Notes: generated by a model from the letters alone, not told the origin. Positions 50,129 to 60,582 are shown, numbered from the stretch's first letter. The stretch is DNA of 64,000 nucleotides from Promethearchaeota archaeon (GCA_011364925.1 RDOA01000004.1:45011-109010); one strand, 5' to 3'. Program-made: numbers and translations.

Positions 50129-50220
50129 AAAAAGTTATAATTCTAAATACAATTCAATATTTCTCTAAAGCTTTTTAAAATCACTTTCACTCTTAAAGAC
50201 ATAAATTAAAAATTATTGAA

Positions 50221-52113
50221 ATGAATTATAAAGAAGCCTTTTCGGAATATATCGGAAATGGGTTAATTTCTCAAAAGGATACTGATAAACTATTTGCTTT
50301 ACGAAATGAGCATGTCTTAGAGATCGTGAAAAAGTTTGTAGATTTGTGTAAACCTCGCAAAGTTACTGTAATATCAGATTCTAAGGAGGATATTGAGTAT
50401 GTGAGGCAACATTCAATTCTTAATCGAGAAGAATCTAAACTTCAAATAGCAGGACACACAATACATTACGATGGATATTACGATCAAGCAAGAGACAAGA
50501 ACAACACTAAAGTTTTAGTTCCGAAAGGTGAATATAAAAGTCCATGGATTAACACTATGGACAGAGAAGAAGGACTTAAAGATGTTTTCGACATTATGGA
50601 TGGGTGTATGGAGGGAAAGGAATGTCTAATAAGATTTTTTTGCTTAGGACCTATAAATTCAAAGTTCACGATAGGAGCACTACAACTTACAGACTCGTTT
50701 TATGTGGCTCATTCTGAAGATCTTCTATATCGAACTGGTTACGAAGAATTCAAGGAGTTAAATGGTTCTCCAGATTTTTTCTATTTTATCCATTCGGCTG
50801 GTGCACTTACAGGAACTCCTCCTGTAACTAAAAATGTAGATAAGCGTCGGATTTACATTGATTTGCAAAAAAAAAGAGTCTTGACCGTGAACAATCAGTA
50901 TGCCGGAAATTCTCTTGGATTAAAGAAATTAGCCTTACGCTTAGCAATACATAAAGCAAATAACGAAGATTGGCTTACAGAACATTATTTTATTTTAGGA
51001 GTTCGTCCGAAAGGAAAAAATCGAGTAACTTATTTTACTGGCGCGTTTCCAAGTGCTTGTGGGAAAACATCGACTGCGATGCTTCCAGGACAACTTATTG
51101 TAGGTGACGATATTGCTTTTTTGCGTTCATGGGAGGATGGTTTTGCTCACGCTGTTAATATAGAGAAAGGAATTTTTGGAATTATTAAAGATGTAAATGC
51201 GAAAGACGATCCTGTGATCTATGAAGCACTCACTACCCCAAGGGAATTAATTTTTTCTAATGTCCTTGTAAAAGACGGAAAACCTTATTGGATCGGAATG
51301 GGTATAGATCATCCTAAAAATGGTTTTAATCATTATGGCAATTGGGTTGAAGGGATGAAGGATGAGGATGGAAATGTAATATCTCACGCTCATCCTAACG
51401 CTCGTTATACAATTAACCTTAGTGATCTGTCTAATTGCGATCCAAAACTAGAAGATCCTAATGGAGTGCCCATCCATGGAATATTTTATGGTGGTAGAGA
51501 CTCAGATACGATGCCTCCCATAATACAAAGCTTAAATTGGGAGCATGGAATATTTCTCGGAGCCACAATCGAATCTGAAACAACTTCAGCAACTCTTGGT
51601 ACTGTAGGAGTTAGGACAGCTAGCCCTATGGCAAATCTCGACTTCTTAGTCGTTCCATTAGGTAAATATTTAAAAAATCACCAAAAATTTGGAAATCGGC
51701 TAAAATATTGTCCCCTTGTATTTGCAACAAATTACTTTCTTAAAGGAAAAGATGGAAAATATTTAAACGGTATTTTAGATAAAAAGATTTGGGTAATATG
51801 GGCAGAAGGAAGAACTAAGGGCGATTTTGATGCTATTAAAACGCCAATTGGCTATATTCCCAAATACGATGATTTGAAACAGCTTTTCAAATTAGAATTA
51901 GGCAAAGATTATCTACAAGAAGATTATATTGAACAGTTCACTATTAGAATGGATTTTCTGCTTGATAAATTAAACCGTGTTGAAGAGATGTATAAAACTG
52001 AAATGGAGATTCCAAAATTCTTCTGGGAAATTTTACAGGATCAAAGATCCAAACTCATTGATTTAAAAAAACAATCTGGGAAGGAAAAAATCTCGCCCAT
52101 GGAGTTAAATTAA
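50221..52113 (+). CDS. pckG: phosphoenolpyruvate carboxykinase (GTP)
   Basis: DQAR, YAGN.LGLKK, GAFPSACGKT, GDDI, HPNARY, GGR, TPIG. Confidence 0.95.
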   Translation: MNYKEAFSEYIGNGLISQKDTDKLFALRNEHVLEIVKKFVDLCKPRKVTVISDSKEDIEYVRQHSILNREESKLQIAGHTIHYDGYYDQARDKNNTKVLVPKGEYKSPWINTMDREEGLKDVFDIMDGCMEGKECLIRFFCLGPINSKFTIGALQLTDSFYVAHSEDLLYRTGYEEFKELNGSPDFFYFIHSAGALTGTPPVTKNVDKRRIYIDLQKKRVLTVNNQYAGNSLGLKKLALRLAIHKANNEDWLTEHYFILGVRPKGKNRVTYFTGAFPSACGKTSTAMLPGQLIVGDDIAFLRSWEDGFAHAVNIEKGIFGIIKDVNAKDDPVIYEALTTPRELIFSNVLVKDGKPYWIGMGIDHPKNGFNHYGNWVEGMKDEDGNVISHAHPNARYTINLSDLSNCDPKLEDPNGVPIHGIFYGGRDSDTMPPIIQSLNWEHGIFLGATIESETTSATLGTVGVRTASPMANLDFLVVPLGKYLKNHQKFGNRLKYCPLVFATNYFLKGKDGKYLNGILDKKIWVIWAEGRTKGDFDAIKTPIGYIPKYDDLKQLFKLELGKDYLQEDYIEQFTIRMDFLLDKLNRVEEMYKTEMEIPKFFWEILQDQRSKLIDLKKQSGKEKISPMELN

Positions 52114-52149
52114 CTTTGATGAAAAAATCTGGTAAATATATTTGTTAAA

Positions 52150-52428
52150 TCAATTCCTAATTCGTTTTAATTCGATCTTAACCACATTATATCGATCAGG
52201 ACATTCTAATTCAACTATATCGGGATCCTGAGACCAAGGGAATGTGCCACCAAATTGTAAGGTCAAAATTGTGGGGAATATGTCATGGTAAAAAAAGCCG
52301 CACAAACCTCCCGTATTATGGCCGCTCAGTTCGAATACATCTCCAACTTTATGTTTTGCATTACATCTACCTTTAACACTTTTAATGGTGCCAATTAACT
52401 TATAACTTTTTCTGTCGTTTTGACTCAT
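52150..52428 (-). CDS. TIGR04076-family small protein
   Basis: VKGRC...HKVGD, LC...YH...P....L..G..FPW, CPD; likely ATG52428. Confidence 0.8.
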   Translation of the reverse strand: MSQNDRKSYKLIGTIKSVKGRCNAKHKVGDVFELSGHNTGGLCGFFYHDIFPTILTLQFGGTFPWSQDPDIVELECPDRYNVVKIELKRIRN

Positions 52429-52443
52429 AAGTATACACATCAA

Positions 52444-53514
52444 TTAATTTGTAATTTCTTTTCTTAATTCCTTTAGTATATTTTCTACTTTTTTATCCTT
52501 TATCCAATATCTAATTTTAGAACTTTTTAATAACGACTGAACCTTTTCGTTTAATTCGTTCAGTTTTTGTTTTTCCTCTGGAGATAATTGTGGGATGTCT
52601 TCTTTTTTAGACTTAATAATCTTTTCAATATGTTCTTCAATAGAAGGAATCTCTATTTGCTCCTTCCCTTCAATAAGAGCCTTTCTTAATATCTCTTTAA
52701 TATTTCGTACCCAACCTTTTATCCAGGGATAAGCTCCAGATTTTATTGGATCTTGGATTTGGATATTCTTCCTCTTTACAACAATTAAATCGTCGGGGCA
52801 AGAATTTTCACACGCTCCACAATAGAAACATTCTTTTTCATTACAAGCAATTTTTCCGTATTTTATTACTTCTTCAGCACTTTCAGGTATGTAAAAAGAT
52901 TCTACAGGACATATATTTACACATGCTTTACATCCTTGAGGATCACATTTATAAAGCATATTTTTTTTTATAATGACCTCTCCTTCTATAGGTGTGGCAA
53001 TAGAAAAACAATCAGCGGGGCACTCCTTTGAGATTCTATAATATTCTTGAATATGATTCCTTTTTCTTACATTCAAGCAAATTTGGCAAATTTCGTTATT
53101 TTTATCCTCAACACATTTATCAAAATCAATTTCGTAGAATTTTTCTATAGTAGGGAACTCATCCATGTCGATTTGTCCTTCAGGTTCGATATTTTCGTGA
53201 AACGCGTCAGTAGGGCATACAACAGCACATAGCATACAATAACAGCATTTATCATGATCAATAAAAAGCTTTGGATTTGAATCGTCTAATAAATTTTGTG
53301 CAATTTCTGGAATTGGTCCAAGCTCTATCGCGTCAACTGGACAAACAAGTTTGCACAAACTACACCCGATACATTTTTTAACATCGTACGTTAATTTCTT
53401 CTTAACATCCTTATATTGCCAGTTTAAAACTAACTTATCTAAAGCGATATCTAAGGATTTCTCAATTATTTCATTATCTTGTTCTAATTTTTTTTTTTCC
53501 GTAGATTCCGTAAT
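52444..53514 (-). CDS. polyferredoxin (FwdF-like 4Fe-4S protein); probable ATT start
   Basis: Frame is open upstream of TTG53358 and completes CIGCSLCKLVCP; several further CxxCxxCxxxCP motifs; ATT53514 follows a GGAGA SD. Confidence 0.8.
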   Translation of the reverse strand: MTESTEKKKLEQDNEIIEKSLDIALDKLVLNWQYKDVKKKLTYDVKKCIGCSLCKLVCPVDAIELGPIPEIAQNLLDDSNPKLFIDHDKCCYCMLCAVVCPTDAFHENIEPEGQIDMDEFPTIEKFYEIDFDKCVEDKNNEICQICLNVRKRNHIQEYYRISKECPADCFSIATPIEGEVIIKKNMLYKCDPQGCKACVNICPVESFYIPESAEEVIKYGKIACNEKECFYCGACENSCPDDLIVVKRKNIQIQDPIKSGAYPWIKGWVRNIKEILRKALIEGKEQIEIPSIEEHIEKIIKSKKEDIPQLSPEEKQKLNELNEKVQSLLKSSKIRYWIKDKKVENILKELRKEITN

Positions 53515-53609
53515 TTTGCTTCTCCCAAAAACTATAATATAAGTTTACTAATTAAATTAAATTGTTCTGATTAAATAATGTTAACTCTTTAATAATTCAT
53601 TTAAAAAAA

Positions 53610-54140
53610 TTAAGAAAAGTAGGTTTGACTCTCTTTGTCGAATCCGGGAACATAATCAATATGCAAACCCCCTGGTCGTACATCAGGAGGAATATAAGTA
53701 ATTTTTAAGTTAGGGATAAAAGCACCAATACCTTTTTCTGCTAGCACTATTACAGGATGGTCGGCTTCTTTAAATTTTTCTCTAATAACTTTTAATGTTG
53801 CTAATCGACAATTCTCCTCAATGAGTAAATTAACTTTCTTCCCATCTGGATAATAAAAACGTAATGAATGGATGTACTCATGGAGAAGAATATGATAAGT
53901 ATAAGCCCAAACAATTTCATAAGGTTGAGAAGATAAAATGATTTTTAAGGGAGATTTATTCATGATAATATCTGTTCCTGGGTGAATATGCATTCCTCCT
54001 ATAAATCCGCCACCAAACATTCCCATTTCAGCAAGACCTAAACTTAAACCTGCGCGATGACGACCCAAAGTTTTTTCTACATCTATTTTAACAGTTTTAA
54101 ATATATCAGGCATTAATTTTGTCAATTGGGTAAGATCCAT
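53610..54140 (-). CDS. conserved archaeal HExxH zincin-like protein
   Basis: YHILLHEYIH; GAGGTG SD before ATG54140; last gene of the hsp20-cdc48 operon. Confidence 0.7.
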   Translation of the reverse strand: MDLTQLTKLMPDIFKTVKIDVEKTLGRHRAGLSLGLAEMGMFGGGFIGGMHIHPGTDIIMNKSPLKIILSSQPYEIVWAYTYHILLHEYIHSLRFYYPDGKKVNLLIEENCRLATLKVIREKFKEADHPVIVLAEKGIGAFIPNLKITYIPPDVRPGGLHIDYVPGFDKESQTYFS

Positions 54141-54154
54141 TTTCCACCTCAATT

Positions 54155-54934
54155 TTAAATATCAAAAAACCAGTCATCTTCATCTTGTTTAAAGAAATCC
54201 ATAAGGTTTGAAAGGTCATTAAGTAAGTGTTTAATAGATACTCTATGTTGATCCCTTCTGATGACATCCATTCTTGAGAAAAATAAATCATCTAAGAGAT
54301 TGTCAATACTAATTCGTTTATTATATTTTATGGGATTATAGAATATTGTGTAAAAAATCTCTTTTTCTAGATTTGGCAGCTCCTTTCTAAGATTTTTTTC
54401 ATATTGTTTTGACATTAGATTTTTTAATTCCACTATCAAACACTCTTTTTTGCGTAATAATTCTTTTCTCTTCACTTCCAATTGATTAATACTTTTTTCT
54501 ACATCTGTTATGTTTTCTCCTAAAAACCGTATTTTATTATCGGGTTTTTTAATTTTATCATAATCTACTTTATAACCTGCCTTTGAAAGTAAACGTACGT
54601 CACTTTTATCGATATCTGATATTCTATAATCTACATTATAGTAATCCGGGGTAATATCTATTCTCAATGATAAATTACTTTTAATTCGATATTTTTTATC
54701 GCGAGGGTCTGATCCAATACTCTCGATAATTCCATCATCTTCAAGACTCTTAAGTTGGGTATGAATTGCTTGTCTTGAAATTCTAGCACCAAATGACGCA
54801 GCTAAATCTGAAGCTCCTAGAGGTACTTTTGCTAGTTTAGATAGGATAATTCTTCTTGTTGGATTTCCAATTATTTCTAATATATTATCCAAGTTTAATG
54901 ATTTTTCATTATATTCATTTTCGTTAACTTCCAT
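54155..54934 (-). CDS. ArsR-family HTH regulator with coiled coil (Phr/HSR1-like heat-shock regulator)
   Basis: IGNPTRR.IL..L, ISRQAI..QL..LE..G, KKY.I; coiled-coil C-half; context with cdc48 and hsp20. Confidence 0.8.
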   Translation of the reverse strand: MEVNENEYNEKSLNLDNILEIIGNPTRRIILSKLAKVPLGASDLAASFGARISRQAIHTQLKSLEDDGIIESIGSDPRDKKYRIKSNLSLRIDITPDYYNVDYRISDIDKSDVRLLSKAGYKVDYDKIKKPDNKIRFLGENITDVEKSINQLEVKRKELLRKKECLIVELKNLMSKQYEKNLRKELPNLEKEIFYTIFYNPIKYNKRISIDNLLDDLFFSRMDVIRRDQHRVSIKHLLNDLSNLMDFFKQDEDDWFFDI

Positions 54935-54951
54935 ACTTTTTCACTTCCTTC

Positions 54952-57267
54952 TTATCTATACATGTCTTCGGATCCTACTGCGGACTGATCGTGGATCCTC
55001 TTGGCTCTATCTGCACCTTTAAGAACTTTTTCGATTGCTTCATTAAATTCTTCTTGCTTTATCTTTACTTTACTTACGAGATCGTTTTCAACTTTTTTGA
55101 TTTTTTCTTCAAGTTCCTTGAGTTCTTTACTTGAAGCTTTTTCTAACTGCAGTTTTTCCAACTCTGCTTGATAATTAAGTAGTGTTTTCTTTTTATCATC
55201 AACAATAGGGATGTTTTTACGGATCGTTATAAGTGTAGCTTCTTCACAAATAGCTTGAATATCAGCTCCAGTATAACCCTCCAATTCTACAGCTAGCTTT
55301 TCAAAATCTACATCTGTTGCCAATGGTTTGTGTTTAAGATGAATCTTAAAAATATCCTTTCGTGTCTCAAAATCGGGCATCGGAATTTCAATATGCCGTC
55401 CAAACCTTCCTGATCGGAGTAAAGCGGGATCAAGCATATCTGGTCTATTTGTAGCTGCGAGCAATATAACTTTTTCTAAATCTTCTAATCCGTCCATTTC
55501 AGTTAATAATTGTGATATTACTTGGTCTGTTACCTCCGAACTTGCAGATCTTCCCCTCATCCCTGCGATCGCATCGATTTCGTCAAAAAATATGATACAC
55601 GGAGCTGCAGCTCTTGCTTTCCTAAATGTCTCCCTAACAGCTTTTTCACTTTCACCAACCCATTTGGATAAAAATTCTGGTCCTTTTACAGAAATGAAAT
55701 TTACTTCGCTTTCATGAGCTAATGCTCTTGCCAACAGTGTTTTTCCGGTTCCAGGAGGTCCATACAATAAGATCCCACTTGGTGGGTGTGAAGCTAAATG
55801 ATTATATAATTCGGGATATTTTAATGGCCACTCAATGATTTCCCTTAATTGCATCTTAGCATCTTCTAATCCTCCTACATCATCCCAAGTTTCTCTCGGT
55901 TGAGATATGACTACTTCTCTCAACGCAGAAGGTTCAATACTATTTAGAGCTGTAGTAAAGTTCTCCATTTTAATCTTAATTGAGTCTAATATTTCAAAGG
56001 GAACTGGTTTATCCAAATCTATTTTTGGGATTATTTCTCTAATAGCTAACATTGCAGCTTCTTTTGCTAGGGCTTCAATGTCAGCGCCAACGAAACCATG
56101 AGTCCTTTCTGCAAGTGCTCTTAAATCCACATCCTCTAATAAGGGCATACCTCGCGTGTGGATTTGAAGTATTTCATACCTTCCGTCCGTATCTGGAACT
56201 CCAATTTCGATTTCTTTATCAAATCTACCTGGCCTACGAAGAGCAATATCAATGTCATTAACTCTATTTGTTGCTCCGATTACAATAATTTCACCCCTCC
56301 CTTCCAATCCGTCGAGTAGAGATAAGAGCTGAGCTACAACCCTTCTTTCAACTTCCCCAGTGACTTCTCCTCTTTTTGGAGCTATAGAATCTAATTCATC
56401 GATAAATATTATTGAAGGTGCATTCCTCTTTGCATCCTCAAAAATGTCTCTCAAATTTTGTTCGCTTTGCCCGTAAAATTTACTCATAATTTCAGGGCCG
56501 CTAATTGTTTTGAAATTAGCTTCAGTTTCAAAGGCTACGGCTCTTGCCAGTAAAGTTTTTCCTGTTCCAGGAGGTCCGTGTAGTAATACACCCTTCGGAG
56601 GTTCTATACCTATTCTTAGAAACAGTTCAGGATGTCTCATAGGCAATTCAATCATTTCACGGATTCTTTGAATTTCGTCTGCTAAACCTCCTATATCCTC
56701 GTAACTAACTCTAGCTTTTTCTCTCTCTATAAGCTCTTTGTGTGTTTTTTCGCTTATTCTAATCTCTGTTTCCAAAGCTATTCTCACTGCATCCGTTTTC
56801 GGTTCAAAATCAATGACGATCATATCGTATTTTCTATTGTAAGCATAAAAACTTAAAATATCATCTTTAGTAATAACTCTATTTTCTAAAAGTTTATTCA
56901 ATTGGTTTGAACTAATAACAATTGATTCAGACAAACTTGCTAGCACAACTTTTTCAGCTACATCAGCTTTAATTTTGCGTATTTCAACATAATCATCAAC
57001 TGTAGCATCTATATTCTTCCTTAAAAAAGGATCAAGTCTTACAATTCCAGTTCCTTTATCATCTGTTTTACCTGGATACAACAATGCTGCAGTTTTTAAT
57101 TTTGAAATAGGGTGAAATATTTCAATAGCATCACCAGTTTTCAATTTTAGCTGTTTTATTACATCTGGATCTATTCTTACTCTACCCATCCCCGAATCCT
57201 CCTTTAATGCATCCTTTACCCTTAATTTATTATCTCGTCCTTCAAAACCACTCGAAATTCCGCTCAT
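54952..57267 (-). CDS. cdc48: Cdc48/VAT/p97 AAA+ ATPase
   Basis: N-domain, two AAA modules (GPPGTGKT x2, DELD/DEID, RPGRF/RSGRF), C-terminal HbYX (MYR). Confidence 0.96.
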   Translation of the reverse strand: MSGISSGFEGRDNKLRVKDALKEDSGMGRVRIDPDVIKQLKLKTGDAIEIFHPISKLKTAALLYPGKTDDKGTGIVRLDPFLRKNIDATVDDYVEIRKIKADVAEKVVLASLSESIVISSNQLNKLLENRVITKDDILSFYAYNRKYDMIVIDFEPKTDAVRIALETEIRISEKTHKELIEREKARVSYEDIGGLADEIQRIREMIELPMRHPELFLRIGIEPPKGVLLHGPPGTGKTLLARAVAFETEANFKTISGPEIMSKFYGQSEQNLRDIFEDAKRNAPSIIFIDELDSIAPKRGEVTGEVERRVVAQLLSLLDGLEGRGEIIVIGATNRVNDIDIALRRPGRFDKEIEIGVPDTDGRYEILQIHTRGMPLLEDVDLRALAERTHGFVGADIEALAKEAAMLAIREIIPKIDLDKPVPFEILDSIKIKMENFTTALNSIEPSALREVVISQPRETWDDVGGLEDAKMQLREIIEWPLKYPELYNHLASHPPSGILLYGPPGTGKTLLARALAHESEVNFISVKGPEFLSKWVGESEKAVRETFRKARAAAPCIIFFDEIDAIAGMRGRSASSEVTDQVISQLLTEMDGLEDLEKVILLAATNRPDMLDPALLRSGRFGRHIEIPMPDFETRKDIFKIHLKHKPLATDVDFEKLAVELEGYTGADIQAICEEATLITIRKNIPIVDDKKKTLLNYQAELEKLQLEKASSKELKELEEKIKKVENDLVSKVKIKQEEFNEAIEKVLKGADRAKRIHDQSAVGSEDMYR

Positions 57268-57281
57268 GATTGATACATCCT

Positions 57282-57911
57282 CTATGATTTCTTTTTTCTC
57301 ATTATTATCGACACGATGCCATTATTCACTTCTAAAATGTGATTTTCCATTGTCGATTCAAACGGTAATTGAATCACTTTTTCGGTATTAACAAAATTGA
57401 TTTCTATTGATATCTTAAGTTTTCGACCATCCTCGCTTAAACTTAGAAGGATGTGTCCTTTTTCTACTCCGGGAGCTTCTACAAGAATATCCGCGTAATC
57501 ATCGTAAACATTTATTTCATGATAAGGAACTTTTGACTTTGTCATAGATTTGTTTCCCTCAATTTTTGGTTGTAATGATAATTTTCCTACATTAATGGGT
57601 TGTTTTCTTTTTGACGGGTTTAACCGCTTTAATTGGGAAAAGTTGGAAATATTTAACCTTTTAAAATAATCCTGAAGCTTTTTTTCATCAACCTCGCCCT
57701 CAATTCTGATCTCAGGTTTGTCCATTCCCGTCTCAAAATGATATGTAACTTTAAATCCTTTCATATTTTTATCTTTTGGACTCACATTTGGATCATAATT
57801 TGGTTCGGGTAGAAATAAAAAATCCACATCAAAAATATCTGAGTCTATATTAAGATATTTTTTAATACGCTCAATAAAATCATTATAATCGTCATCATAA
57901 TCGTCAGACAA
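57282..57911 (-). CDS. hsp20: archaeal small heat-shock protein (Hsp20/alpha-crystallin)
   Basis: GF.V......KP.I..G N-part, [16 protein letters not shown]; likely TTG57911 after a GGTGA SD. Confidence 0.82.
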   Translation of the reverse strand: MSDDYDDDYNDFIERIKKYLNIDSDIFDVDFLFLPEPNYDPNVSPKDKNMKGFKVTYHFETGMDKPEIRIEGEVDEKKLQDYFKRLNISNFSQLKRLNPSKRKQPINVGKLSLQPKIEGNKSMTKSKVPYHEINVYDDYADILVEAPGVEKGHILLSLSEDGRKLKISIEINFVNTEKVIQLPFESTMENHILEVNNGIVSIIMRKKKS

Positions 57912-57933
57912 CAATATCACCTTTTCAAGAAAT

Positions 57934-57952
57934 TGTCAATCTTTAATTGACA
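57934..57952. promoter_or_regulatory. palindromic operator upstream of the hsp20-cdc48 operon
   Basis: TGTCAAT-N5-ATTGACA perfect inverted repeat about 20-40 bp upstream of the hsp20 start, overlapping a TATA-like TTTATG on the minus strand. Confidence 0.55.
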
Positions 57953-58032
57953 TAAAGCACTTTACCCTAAAAAATGTATCGTTTTTTAAAAATAAGCCTT
58001 TAACTAGGAGAAAATTTTAAAAGAAAATCTAA

Positions 58033-58626
58033 TTATTCAAAGAGCGAAATCAATTGTGAATTGTATACTTTTTTCAATACAATCTCTAGCAATTCTTCAA
58101 AGGATTCTACGATTCCCTCATCGTGAATAGCAACTGTTTTTTTAGTCTTTAGGTTGTTGTACTTAAAATAGTTGATGTTCTCGAGAAATTCAGAAGTTTT
58201 AAACTTATCTTCCAGATCTTGTTTATTAAAGGCTAGAATTTTTGGAATTTTTTCAAAGTCTTCTTGAAAATAATTACATAATTCGTTCCACGAGGTTAAA
58301 TTTCGATAATAGGCTGAAGTTTGCGAATCAGCAACGAAAATGATTCCATCTATTGCTCGTAGAGTAACAGGTCTAGTTATAATGTAAAAGTCTTGACCAG
58401 TTGTAGAATAAAGGTGGAGTTTAAGGAGCCATTGAGAATTTTCAAAGGTTATCGTACCATAGTCAAAAAATAAGGTTCTTCGTATGCTATTATCTATACT
58501 TAATACCTCATCTTCTTTTCCAAAGTGTTTAAACAAGGATTTTAAGGTAGTGGTTTTACCCGAAAGAGCAGGACCAAAATAACAAATTTTTAATTGAATT
58601 GTCTGGCTTAAGTGATCTATTATCAT
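58033..58626 (-). CDS. MglA-like small GTPase
   Basis: KICYFGPALSGKTT, RTLFFDY, TTGQ (MglA-type G3 lacking Asp), DGIIFVADS, NKQD. Confidence 0.85.
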   Translation of the reverse strand: MIIDHLSQTIQLKICYFGPALSGKTTTLKSLFKHFGKEDEVLSIDNSIRRTLFFDYGTITFENSQWLLKLHLYSTTGQDFYIITRPVTLRAIDGIIFVADSQTSAYYRNLTSWNELCNYFQEDFEKIPKILAFNKQDLEDKFKTSEFLENINYFKYNNLKTKKTVAIHDEGIVESFEELLEIVLKKVYNSQLISLFE

Positions 58627-58709
58627 CTTTGAGATTGCTATATTGGGTTTTATCTTATATTCTAAGATGAAGTATATTAATCTCGAGTATTTTTCGCTAA
58701 TTTTTAAAA

Positions 58710-59450
58710 CTAAAAATTACGAGATTCGATTAATCTCTCGATAATTAGCGGGAGTTCACTCATATTTTCCACATAAAAGGGAAATTGAGGTTTGTGTTGG
58801 CCAGTTATACAAGCTTGGATGACATCAGCTCCTACCTCTTGTGCATTTTCAAGGAATCTAGGCTGATCTTCAATAATTATTGAGTTAGACGGGTTCACAC
58901 CTGAATGTTTGAAAATTGCTTCATAATAATCTATCCCAGATTTCCAAGTGTTAACCAAGTCTGGACCATAAAACTCTTTAAAATAATGGATAACACCCAT
59001 TCCTTCTAAATACATCTTCATTTCAGTAGAGACAGCTCCTGCTGCTGTGTAAAGGATAAACCCTCTTGCGGATAATTCTTTGATTGAATCGATAATTCCT
59101 GGTATAGCAGATCTGATTTTTGGAATTACGTAATCTCTTGCTGAATTAAATACTTCTTCAATGTTTATATTTCTGGGGAGTCTCTTTCCCGCTTCTTTAA
59201 ACATCCCTAGTACCATATTTCTTTTAAAATCGTTATAAAAACTCTGGTAATCATCAAAATATTCCTTTCCGTCTTGCCAGAAAATATCAAATAAAGTAGA
59301 AATAAGTTTGTAGTTTGCTTCTCCCCAAATATCTGGTTCACCACCAAATCTCTTTGAGTAATAATCTCCTACAAATTTTTCCCATTGTTGTCCGCGAATC
59401 TTGTTATCGTTTAAAACACCACCATCATCAAAGAATATCGTAATCCCCAT
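58710..59450 (-). CDS. HAD-superfamily hydrolase
   Basis: FFDDGGVL motif I, K motif III, IIEDQ motif IV. Confidence 0.8.
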   Translation of the reverse strand: MGITIFFDDGGVLNDNKIRGQQWEKFVGDYYSKRFGGEPDIWGEANYKLISTLFDIFWQDGKEYFDDYQSFYNDFKRNMVLGMFKEAGKRLPRNINIEEVFNSARDYVIPKIRSAIPGIIDSIKELSARGFILYTAAGAVSTEMKMYLEGMGVIHYFKEFYGPDLVNTWKSGIDYYEAIFKHSGVNPSNSIIIEDQPRFLENAQEVGADVIQACITGQHKPQFPFYVENMSELPLIIERLIESRNF

Positions 59451-59462
59451 TTATTATTCACT

Positions 59463-60515
59463 TTACCTTGCATTTTTCACATCCTTTATAACTTCATAAG
59501 TTCTTCTTAAAAGTTCATAAGCAACTTGCGGGGGGTTCCAGCCTTTAAGACCACAATCAGGTCCCACGAATTTGACGCGATCTCCATAATGTTCGAGAGC
59601 AAATAGTAGATTTTTCTTAATGAACTCCTTTGAATCTATTAAGGACATAACTCCTTCAAAAGTCTTAAATTTATCAAGTGAGATTCCAGCATCTAATTTA
59701 TCGGCGATAATTCTATTAATATTCGTTTTAGTGATACCAACTCGAATGAATTTATCAAATTCTTCTAAATCCTTTTTAGGGATGACATTGGAATGGTCAG
59801 AGGCATATTCACACGTGAGTACATCTATACTTTCTGCTTTTATAGGAATTGAGTATTTTTGTAAAGTATGAAGGTGAATTTGGATAATACTCTCTACATT
59901 CTCTACAGTTTTATTGAAAGTTTTTATTATTGCATCTTCTTCGATATTAAACATATCGACATATCCGAATGAAGGTTCATCAATAGACACAACATTGCTT
60001 TGAAGATATTTTGTGTTTTTTATCGATTGTTTCAGAATTGTATTAAGCGATTTAGCAAAATTTAAAGCTATATCAGGGTATACAGTAAAACCATGCTTTT
60101 TTATATATAATTCTATAGGTCCTGTAACACATACTTTTATTTTCAGTGTATTTCCAGTTCTCTCATAAAAATCTTTTGCAAAACGTTCTAAAATAAAAAG
60201 TTCTGGAATGATAGCCTTATTAGGATTTATCAGAGATGGCTCAGTTTCGTGATCATTAATTGGTTTTAAAAATTGCGTATACATATCCATATGTTGGGGA
60301 TAATTTATTATCTCTACGCCCGCATTTAATTTTAACTGGAAAGATTGGAGGAATGGATGGATAAAAAAATTATAAATCCCCCTATTATCAAAAATGTCGG
60401 CATTATTAACGATTCCATTGTAAGCTGCCCAATAAAACTGAGAGAATTTGTCAAACTCAACATAGTCTGGTAATGGAAAACTTCCTACATCGTCAAATAG
60501 GGGAAATTCTTTCAT
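59463..60515 (-). CDS. single-domain MetE-like (core methionine synthase/UROD-fold) protein
   Basis: DDVGSFP, VTGP, IDEPS, IHLH, GPDCGL. Confidence 0.72.
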   Translation of the reverse strand: MKEFPLFDDVGSFPLPDYVEFDKFSQFYWAAYNGIVNNADIFDNRGIYNFFIHPFLQSFQLKLNAGVEIINYPQHMDMYTQFLKPINDHETEPSLINPNKAIIPELFILERFAKDFYERTGNTLKIKVCVTGPIELYIKKHGFTVYPDIALNFAKSLNTILKQSIKNTKYLQSNVVSIDEPSFGYVDMFNIEEDAIIKTFNKTVENVESIIQIHLHTLQKYSIPIKAESIDVLTCEYASDHSNVIPKKDLEEFDKFIRVGITKTNINRIIADKLDAGISLDKFKTFEGVMSLIDSKEFIKKNLLFALEHYGDRVKFVGPDCGLKGWNPPQVAYELLRRTYEVIKDVKNAR

Positions 60516-60582
60516 AAAATGTCATTCAGCCTAATACACTAATTTCGTTAATCATAAATAATCCTCTATAACAAATATATGT

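Noticed and set aside
30494-53514. FmdE-like and FwdF-like genes as a formylmethanofuran dehydrogenase locus
   Set aside because: They are more than 20 kb apart with no catalytic Fwd subunits in the window; both families occur standalone
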